The position numbers were made by a program, and so were the translations under genes. The notes beneath the pieces were generated by a model that saw only the letters and a list, made by a program, of their open reading frames with translations, did no database searches and was not told the DNA's origin. Shown one piece after another: positions 13,793 to 22,900 of a DNA stretch of 64,000 nt. Numbering within the stretch: position 1 is the stretch's first letter; the number at the start of each line of letters is the position of its first letter. This DNA is from Piromyces finnis finn. Its lineage: Eukaryota > Fungi > Neocallimastigomycota. The DNA lies in contig MCFH01000037.1 in assembly GCA_002104945.1 (NCBI GenBank), positions 372,001-436,000 on the forward strand, in the 5' to 3' direction.

Positions 13793-14637
13793 ACAAAGAT
13801 TTTAATTTCATAACTATTCTAAACTATTTATACTATTTGTAATTTTACATTTAATAATAAAATAACTTTTCAATACATGATTATATTCATAATATATTTT
13901 ATAATACTTAAACTAAACTTAAGACTTATTCCTAATTATTAAAAAATAACTATTGTTTATAATATTCATAATATTAATTATTTCTTAATTATAATATAAT
14001 TCATTGAATATAATATTAATAATTATAATCCTCTAGTTCAAAGATTATAAATTATGTTATTGAAATAATTATTATAAAATAAAGTTAATTAGTTCCGGAA
14101 AATAATTTTAATTTAATTAAACAATAATTTTTATACTTTGAGTGAATGATTTATGTTTGATATATCAGGGGTGATCATTCTCTGAATAAACAATTAATCA
14201 TTGCTAACAAAATATCTTTAAATTGGAATATCTCTGAACCAGCAGAGATATTGACCTGATTTTAAGATATGTTGTTTGTCTCGAGCGTGGCTTTCTAACG
14301 AACGTAATTATAACCAAAATATTTTTATTCAAAAATCGTCATTCGTTGAGGAGATACGCGTGTTTTTTCTTATTCCATTTTAACGATAAGGGTTAAAGTT
14401 ATTTATTATAAAAATTATTAAAGGTTAAGGTCATATTTTAACCTTTCCTAAATTTTTAAATATTTCTTAATAAAATTTTATAATTTATTTGAAAATAAAC
14501 TATTTGTTGATTTTGAATTTTCATAAGTGATTTCACAATTCCAAGTGATCTTGAAATTGTAATTTCACTAGTATTCGTGACATCGTGTTTATTCAGCTAG
14601 TTTTTATCATGTTTTTATGTGAGTAGCGTATCAAAAA

Positions 14638-15259
14638 TGATAACGGATTGGTAGTTATATTACAACTTTTTAACTACTTCTTCTGTTATCTTATATTGTT
14701 TTATCTCGACAGCTATTGTACGAGCTTTAACAATATCTACTAGTTTTATTAATTTATTTTAAGTTATTTTATAATTTTAATAGTTTTATTATTTTAATAA
14801 TATTTATATAGAATAATAACACCAGATTTATTCTATAAAATATTATTTATTATTAACACAATAATTACAAATTAGACAAGTTTAATTTCGTTTTTATATT
14901 TTCTTTTATTTATTGTTCTTACGCTCTTTTTAACAATAATTTTTATTATATAAAAACTTATTTTTTGTCTTTTAAATATTATTATGTATTCACTAATTAA
15001 TTATATTAACTATTATTAAAATTTAACTTATTATTAGTAATCTAAGTCTTCTTATTTTCTACTAAAAAATATTATTATTCTTTATATTAAAAATTATTTT
15101 TATAATTTAACCCAATCAAATATATAAATTTATAAAATATTTGATTTTATGTAAATTATATTTTTATAATAAACTATATAAAATTATTTAATAATTATTT
15201 TATAATAAAATTTTCTACTAATATCAAATTTATAATATATTTATAATTATTATTTATCA
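14638..15259 (-). repeat. 3' LTR of element A (622 bp)
   Basis: Direct repeat of 18557..19176 with TG...CA ends; adjacent to the PPT. Confidence 0.93.
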
Positions 15260-15273
15260 AGATTTCCTCCCCT
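15260..15273 (-). promoter_or_regulatory. Polypurine tract of element A (AGGGGAGGAAATCT)
   Basis: Purine-rich run immediately 5' of the 3' LTR on the element strand. Confidence 0.8.
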
Positions 15274-15613
15274 AAGATACGACTTAGTGGTAGCTGATAA
15301 AAATATTCATAAATAATAATAAATATATAAGTTTTTGATATTTTTATACTAAATATTTAAAAATTTAAATTTTTTTTTTTTTCTATATATATATATATAT
15401 ATATATATGATAAAAATAATATAAAATAAGGTTTATAAAAAAATGATGAAAAATTTGAAAATTTTTATTAATAAAATTTTTTTTTTTTTCAAAGAGAAAT
15501 AAAAAAAATGAAGTGAAATTTTGTTAAATGTCGTAGTGTAAATATTTTTGTGTTTTTATATATTTTTGTAATGTAATTGTCGTATTATTTGTATATAAAT
15601 GTTTAATGTGGTT

Positions 15614-17611
15614 TTATCTTTCTTTAAACTTTGAAAATAGATGAAATTTTGATTTTAATATGTCGAAATAATGTCGTTTTAAAATTGAAGTTACTGATTT
15701 GATATAATCTTTTAGATTGAAAATAATTGAATTTGAAATACTTTCTTTTACACTTTTTATTATACTGAAATATATATTCTTAAACGAATTATTTGATGAA
15801 TTTTTGATTATATCATTTTGTTTATTTCGCTTTTTTCTTGATTTTAATTTCCTGTTAATATTAATATTCAAATGATTATATTTTAGAATTTTACTTTTAT
15901 TTTTATATATCTTGATTTTGTGGCATTTTTCGTGAATAATTGGCGTTTTTTCTGCTTCATCACGGCCGACAAGATTTGACTTATTAATTGAAAATTTAAT
16001 AAGTGAATCGTTTTTAATTCTTTTTGGAAATTTGCTGAAATTTGAATGAAAAATGTGATATTTTGGATAAAAATATTTATTTTTAAATTTGAATAAATGT
16101 CGAAATTTAATTGAATAAAAAAGTTTGTTTTTATTGTTAAAAGTCGAATTAAAATTTTGAATTTTGATATTATTATTAAATGAATTAAATTGAGATTCAT
16201 TAATATTTGATGGATTGAAACAATGAATCATTGAAATATTTGAAAGATTATTTTTATTTTGTTTAAAATTTGAGGGACGAGCAACCATAATAGGAGATGA
16301 ATTAGTTTTCATGTAGAGAGAGTCATCATCAGGATCAATGTATAATCGGTGATTCTTTTGAGATTGACGACCTAATATAATATCATAACATGAATCTTCA
16401 TCTTCTAGAATCCAGAATAATGCATAGATTTTTAAATCACCAAATTTAAGAGTTAAATTAACAGCTTGATTTGTTGAAATAACTTGTTTGCTAGCTAATT
16501 TAAAGAAAGTTCTCTTAAAATGTGTAATATTATGATTTGCTGATATTAAATTAAAGAAGGATTTAGTAATAACATTAACATCAGAACCAGTATCTACTAA
16601 AACTCGGACAATGTTATTATCAATTGAGCCAATGACAGAAGCAATGTTGATTTTATTAATGACATTAATTTCGTTATCTGCTATATTGATAATATCATCA
16701 TCATTGTCATTATCAGCATCATCATTGTTTTCATTATTTTTATTATTATAATTTTCATTAATGATATTAATAAATGAATTAATATCATCATCATTAAGAT
16801 CCATATTTTGAATGGCGTTTATTTTCCGAACATCATTTGGATCAAGCTTTAAACCTTTGGCACAAAGTCTTCTGATGATAGGACTGACTGCAAGCAATTG
16901 TGCAAAAGAGATACCAGCATTTGTATTATTAAGGGCATCAAAAATATTATATTCTTTATTTTTGCCCAACATGACAATAGAACGTAGGAAGTCATAATAG
17001 TTGCTTTTGGGAGACTTTTTGCTATCTATAACTTCTTCTAATTCGTCCTGTTTACTTGGTATATCTGGACCAATTCTTCTTTTATTTCTGGTTTCTTTAT
17101 TTTTCATCTTAGCAGAGGAAATATTCTTGCCTGCAATTACCGAGGGGTCTAAGATGTCTAGGCGGGAAGTAGTGGTATGAAAATTTGAATTTTTCTCATT
17201 ACGAATTTCTTGCTGTTCTTTCATCTGAGTGGCCTTTGTATGTATTGGTAATGGATTTTCTCGAAGTTTCTTTTTCTTCGACTGAGTCACGTGATCCTCA
17301 TCATCACTTTCATCACTTTCTTCAGAACTTTTTCTCTTGAATGCATAAATAAGGTTTTCGATGTCCTTATCATCGACTGTATTTGTCACGTGATCACGTG
17401 TAACGTAATCCTTATCATCTTCATTGATTGGATCATCCACCAAAGGGTTAGAGAATTTTTCTTTAGAATTTGGAAATTTTTTTGTTTTATGGAAATCACG
17501 TGTATCATCAACATAGATTTGCTCATTAATGTTGTTGATGTTGTGGGTTTGGTTATTATCAATTTTGGAGTTAGAAGGGGAAGATTGAGAACTTCCCCCA
17601 TTTAATTTAAA
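15614..17611 (-). CDS. Element A trans-frame ORF: spacer, aspartic protease (VLVDTGSD) and a ~235-aa basic Lys/Asn/Ile/Phe-rich tail in place of RT-RH-IN
   Basis: ORF 15614..17443 is open further upstream to the slippery site at 17605-17611, in the -1 frame relative to gag. It shares a YN..D/xLN.T...I.F.QLL...P..R.....GLK motif with element B pol. Confidence 0.85.
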   Translation of the reverse strand, partial: FKLNGGSSQSSPSNSKIDNNQTHNINNINEQIYVDDTRDFHKTKKFPNSKEKFSNPLVDDPINEDDKDYVTRDHVTNTVDDKDIENLIYAFKRKSSEESDESDDEDHVTQSKKKKLRENPLPIHTKATQMKEQQEIRNEKNSNFHTTTSRLDILDPSVIAGKNISSAKMKNKETRNKRRIGPDIPSKQDELEEVIDSKKSPKSNYYDFLRSIVMLGKNKEYNIFDALNNTNAGISFAQLLAVSPIIRRLCAKGLKLDPNDVRKINAIQNMDLNDDDINSFINIINENYNNKNNENNDDADNDNDDDIINIADNEINVINKINIASVIGSIDNNIVRVLVDTGSDVNVITKSFFNLISANHNITHFKRTFFKLASKQVISTNQAVNLTLKFGDLKIYALFWILEDEDSCYDIILGRQSQKNHRLYIDPDDDSLYMKTNSSPIMVARPSNFKQNKNNLSNISMIHCFNPSNINESQFNSFNNNIKIQNFNSTFNNKNKLFYSIKFRHLFKFKNKYFYPKYHIFHSNFSKFPKRIKNDSLIKFSINKSNLVGRDEAEKTPIIHEKCHKIKIYKNKSKILKYNHLNININRKLKSRKKRNKQNDIIKNSSNNSFKNIYFSIIKSVKESISNSIIFNLKDYIKSVTSILKRHYFDILKSKFHLFSKFKER
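17577..17611 (-). promoter_or_regulatory. -1 ribosomal frameshift signal of element A
   Basis: Slippery heptamer T TTA AAT directly before the gag stop, then the stem GGGGAAG/CTTCCCC with an 8-nt loop; the -1 frame continues into the protease ORF. Confidence 0.8.
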
Positions 17612-18456
17612 TGGTTTTGGGTTTTGAGGAGGGTAGCTATGATTTTGTTCACATCGGTCATTTCGTTTGGGCAGAAGCGGGCATCATGTCCTTTCTGGTT
17701 ACAACGGTGGCAGATATGAATTTTCATCTGGGCAAAGCTTTTGGTCAAAGCATCCAGATCTGATTCTTTAGCTTCTTCTTTAGTAGTCTTTTCATTATCA
17801 GTACTACTATTATTTTCGTTATTATTATAAGAGGTTTTATCTTCAACTTCTATTTTTCTCTTATAATAATTATTTTTGTTTTGAGTTCTTTTATTGGGTA
17901 CATATTCATCATCACTTTCATAAGCAGATAGAAGCTCATCTGCTTTAATAGCAATGACCATAGCATCCTTTAAAGTTTTTGGTTGTTTGTTAATAAGAGA
18001 ATTTAATATAGAAGTTCTCCTATTAAAAGCTTTTGTATAAAGAAAAACAAGTCTTTCTTCAGAAGGCTTGTCCCTTTCTTTAATTTCTTTCAAAAGGTCG
18101 TTAAAAGAACGGTTAAATTCTCTAACAGAGCTTTTGTTTACTTTTATTTTTTCTAACTTATTTAGGTTTCTATTAGAGGTTTTATCATCCTCAAATAAGT
18201 TAGATATTTTATTGATAAATTCATTATAAGATAGGGATCTATCTTCATAATAAATATCACTACAAAGATCCTTTGAGTTACCGGTAGTAGCAAGCAAAGC
18301 AATTCTCTTCTTTTCTTTTTCAGAAAGAGCTAAGTCTTCTAAGATATCTTCAAGTTCCATTTTCCATCTGAAGAACTTAGTATTTTTCTTGCCAAGAGGG
18401 CTTATTTCTTTAGCCATACTAGCGGCTCTTTCAAAATTGTTTTTATTTTCAGTCAT
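17602..18456 (-). CDS. Gag of element A (284 aa)
   Basis: Zinc knuckle CHRCNQKGHDARFC (CX2CX4HX4C) near the C-terminus; capsid-like KIKVNKSSVREFNRSFNDL. Confidence 0.9.
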   Translation of the reverse strand: MTENKNNFERAASMAKEISPLGKKNTKFFRWKMELEDILEDLALSEKEKKRIALLATTGNSKDLCSDIYYEDRSLSYNEFINKISNLFEDDKTSNRNLNKLEKIKVNKSSVREFNRSFNDLLKEIKERDKPSEERLVFLYTKAFNRRTSILNSLINKQPKTLKDAMVIAIKADELLSAYESDDEYVPNKRTQNKNNYYKRKIEVEDKTSYNNNENNSSTDNEKTTKEEAKESDLDALTKSFAQMKIHICHRCNQKGHDARFCPNEMTDVNKIIATLLKTQNHLN

Positions 18457-18545
18457 ATTTAGTAAATAAATAAGATAATTATACTAAATATACTAATTAA
18501 TAGGAATTATTTAAATTTTCGGCTTTCCCACGGGACGACTGAGGT

Positions 18546-18554
18546 TCTCCACCA
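18546..18554 (-). promoter_or_regulatory. Primer-binding site of element A (TGGTGGAGA), 2 nt after the 5' LTR
   Basis: 9 nt complementary to the 3' end of a mature tRNA-Ala (..UCUCCA-CCA), including the tRNA at 27091. Confidence 0.75.
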
Positions 18555-18556
18555 CT

Positions 18557-19176
18557 TGATAACGGATTGGTAGTTATATTACAACTTTTTAACTACTTCT
18601 TCTGTTATCTTATATTGTTTTATCTCGACAGCTATTGTACGAGCTTTAACAATATCTACTTGTTTTATTATTTATTTTAATTTATTTTATAATATTTATA
18701 GTTTTATTATTTAATAATATTTATATAGAATAATAACACCAGATTTATTCTATAAAATATTATTTATTATTAACACAATAATTACAAATTAGACAAGTTT
18801 AATTTCGTTTTTATATTTTCTTTTATTTATTGTTCTTACGCTCTTTTTAACAATAATTTTTATTATATAAAAACTTATTTTTTGTCTTTTAAATATTATT
18901 ATGTATTCACTAATTAATTATATTAACTATTATTAAAATTTAACTTATTATTAGTAATCTAAGTCTTCTTATTTTCTACTAAAAATTATTATTATTCTTT
19001 ATATTAAAAATTATTTTTATAATTTAACCCAATCAAATATATAAATTTATAAAATATTTGATTTTATGTAAATTATATTTTTATAATAAACTATATAAAA
19101 TTATTTAATAATTATTTTATAATAAAATTTTCTACTAATATCAAATTTATAATATATTTATAATTATTATTTATCA
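18557..19176 (-). repeat. 5' LTR of element A (620 bp)
   Basis: Direct repeat of 14638..15259. A cluster of substitutions and indels lies near 18661-18716 and one substitution near 18985. Confidence 0.93.
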
Positions 19177-19180
19177 AAAA

Positions 19181-19887
19181 TGTTACGGTTCGAGGAATTT
19201 ACTTTTATTTATAAAATATTAATAAATTTATTAATACTCAAAAATAATATTAAAATGAAATAAGAAAAATTGTTTTATTAATAAAATTGTTTTATTAAGA
19301 TATTAATATAAAATTATAAAAATAAAATAAAAATAAAAATAAAAATATCTGTATATTCTCTAATTCTTATAATATACACCTTTTTATACTTTTTGTAAAA
19401 AATTAAGTAGTGTTAATTAAAAGAATTAGTCTTTAATTATTTACATTAATTTTAGTATTTAAATTACTTTTAAATGAATAATAAAATTACATTACTATTA
19501 TAATAAATATTTATACATATTATTAAATTGATTAACATACATTAAAAGTTTACTTTAAATATATTTAACTAAAGAATTTTACTATTTTACAGAAATATTA
19601 TTCATAATTTTAATTAATAAAAATTCATTAACTTGATAAATTAAACTAAAAGTTCAATAAACTATAATTTTCAATATATTATTATTACTAAATTAATTTT
19701 TAAGTTTAATAAAATAAAATTTAAGTTCAATAAAAATAATTATTAATAATTTTAAATATAATTTAAGTGTATACATTAATTTACAAATAAGAATATTGTA
19801 AAGTTTTCATATATTTAGGAACAATAATGGATTAGGTCATAATCATTAATTATGACAAGAATAACATTATTTGTTGGTTCCTTAACA
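19181..19887 (-). repeat. 3' LTR of element B (707 bp)
   Basis: Direct repeat of 26370..27076; preceded on the element strand by a short G-rich tract (GTGGGGGCACT, 19888-19898). Confidence 0.95.
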
Positions 19888-19910
19888 AGTGCCCCCACGA
19901 AGACTCTTGC

Positions 19911-22900
19911 TTACGCAAAAGCAGAGTTAAACTTTACAATGTTCTTAAGATGAACATTTCGGTTCATCTGAATTCCAGTGGATATATCAGCTAAAGTAAC
20001 CGTATTGAATTGTTTCTTGACAACTTTGAGTGGTCCAACGAAATAAGGCTCTAACTTCGTTCGATTAAAATTTCTAACTAATACTAGATCACCGATATGG
20101 ATATTTTTGCCCTTAGTCATACTTTGTTTTTCTTCCCTTCTAGTAGCCCAGTATTTATTCGCATTTTTAATATTTTCACAAGCTTCCAACGTCCACCTGT
20201 AATGATTAATAAACTTCTCAAGTAAGATTTCATCCGAAGACTGATTAATACCCTTAGTAGGTCTGGCGGCAATATCAAAGGGTTGCTGATCTTCTCTTCC
20301 ATAAACCAATTCAAAGCTAGAATGGTTTGTGACAGTATTTTTAGTAGTTCTGAGCGCCCAAAGAGCAGAAGGCAAAACTTCATCCCAATCCTTGTTTTCT
20401 GTTCCAAGCAGTCTTAGAAGCTTTCCAATTTCTCTGTTTCTATTTTCAGTCAAACCATTACTTTCAGGATGATAAGTTGAGACAAACTTGACATAGACAT
20501 CATATAAGTCCAGGAAAACTTTGGTCATATCTGAGGTAAATTGGACACCGTTATCGGTTGTAATGACTTGTGGTACTCCATGCCGAGAGAAAACATTGAT
20601 TAAAAATTTTATGACATCCTTTGAAGTGATATTTTCGGTGGGTTCTGCTTCGACCCATTTTGTGAAATGATCCACTGCAACTATAATATATTGGTTATTG
20701 TTACGAGTTTTTACCAATGGACCAATGATATCTAAACCCAGATGAGTGAAAGGAGCTTCAACCTCAGTTGGAAGATTTTCCGTAGGTTCTGGATATGGTT
20801 GAGGGCGATTAAGTTGGCATTTTTCACATTTGGCTACAACTCTTCGAATATCATTAACCATGTCGTTCCAATAATAGCTTTTTCTCAGACGTTGATAAGT
20901 TTTATAATATCCTTCATGTCCAATGTTATGAGCTTCCAAAATCAATTTCAGCTTTTCATTGGTTTCCGTGATCAGTTTTCGATAATTCCTTCCATCAATA
21001 AAGTAATCCACCCCATCTATTTTGGTGAACTTTTCTTCAACAAATTCTTTAATTACCTTAGATAGCATGGTTTCTTCTATACCTTTATTAATTTTAGTAG
21101 CTAACACTTCCTTATCTTTGTCATTTCTCATTCGAGACAGTGCATCTGCTACAACATTCTTTTTACCTTGTTCATAACGAATATCAACTCCTAGCATACT
21201 AGCTGTTAAACACCATCTTGTTTGTCTTGCATTGTTTGGCTCCTTATTTTTAAATAATCCAATTAATGGTTTATGATCAGTATAGACGATAGTCTTGAAT
21301 GGACTTCCCATTATATAAGGCTTTAATTTAGTAATGCAGTAAAATAAGGCAGTCCCTTCCAAGTCAGTAATTCCATAATTTTTTTCTGCTTTCGTCAGAC
21401 TTCGGCTAATATAATGAATTGGATGTTCAATATCGGTACCTTCCTTTTGTAATAATACTCCTCCGATTCCTTCATACGATGCATCTGTTCGGATTATAAA
21501 TTCTTTCTCAAAATCAGGGAATTTCAGAATAGGCGCATTAATTAACTTTTCTTTCAATATAATAAAACTCTCTTGTTGTTCATTACACCATTTGAAAGGA
21601 ACACCTTTTCTAAGCAGCTTACACAAGGGAGCAGTAAGTTTAGCATAATTAGGAATAAAATCTCTATAATATCCAATTGAACCTAGGAATGATCTTAATT
21701 CATGGATATTCGAAGGAGGTTTCCAATTTTTTATAGCTTGGATTTTGTTATCTAATGGTTTAAGACCTTCTGTAGTTAAACGATGGCCTAACACGTCAAC
21801 TTCAGTTTGCATAAAATGACATTTTTCAATATTGATTTTTAGTTTGTTTTCCCGGAAAATTGCTAAAACTTGATTTATATGTTCAATATGTTCTTCAATA
21901 CTCTTTGAATAGATCAGAATATCATCAATGAAGTTATAAACACACTTTCCAATTAACGGAAACAGAATCCGATTCATCTCCCTCTGAAATGTAGCGGGTG
22001 CTCCAGTGAGACCAAAAGGCATAACCTTGAATTGGTAATTTCCAAACTTAGTTGTAAAACTTGTCAATTCAACGCTTTCTTCATCCATAAGGATTTGATG
22101 ATAGCCGGAATATAAGTCCATAGTAGTGAATATAGTTGCACCATGTAAACTATCAAATATCTCATCTATAAAAGGAATTGAATAGGCATCCTTTTCAGAC
22201 AAATCATTAACTCTTCGATAGTCCACGCACATTCTCCATTTCCCATTATGCTTCGGGACCAAAACCACCGGAGAAGACCATTCCGAGTACGATGGCTCAA
22301 TTAGCTTTTTATTAATCAATTTAGACAATTCTTCCTTAAGTATATCAGATTTGAACTTGGCTAACCTATATGATCTTTGTTTAATTGGCTTTGCTCCTGG
22401 CTTTAAATTAATCTTATGGGGAGTTAAATTCGAAGGTGTTAGTTCTTCAGAAGAAGTAGCAATAATTTCAATATTCTCTTCCAATATCCGAACAATTTGT
22501 TCTCGATACTTTTCATTAAGAGTCTCAGTAAAATTTTTATTGTGAATATATTCTGAAGGTGGTAAACCTTCAATATTTTTCAAATCACTTTTAAAATCTT
22601 CATCACCGACTCTACGTATCATACACATAATCTTTTCTTCATCATCATATTTGTTATTAATTGGAGCAATATCTTCAATAAATCCATTTGAATTAAATCT
22701 GCAAAGACTATAGCGAAGTGGGTGGATAAATAAGTTGTTATCCATTTGGGTTTTCAAATTAATTAACATATCATAAAAGGGGTCTTCTTTATCCACCACT
22801 CTAAAATCAGCAGTGATTGTAAGATCATTTATCTGGACCGGTACTCTAATAATTATACCTTCCGAATAGTCATCATTTTTAGTAGCTAAACGTATTCTTC

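Larger units (their letters stand above)
14638..19176 (-). mobile_element. LTR retrotransposon A (Ty3/gypsy-like, non-autonomous: gag + protease only)
   Basis: Two ~620-bp LTRs (TGATAA...TTATCA), a PBS, a PPT, gag with a CCHC knuckle and a -1-frame ORF with a DTG aspartic protease; no RT, RNase H or integrase motifs. Flanked by A-runs (target-site duplication). Confidence 0.92.

Noticed and set aside
21910-21945. RT catalytic motif FIDD instead of YxDD
   Set aside because: FIDDILIY is a common variant among Ty3/gypsy reverse transcriptases.
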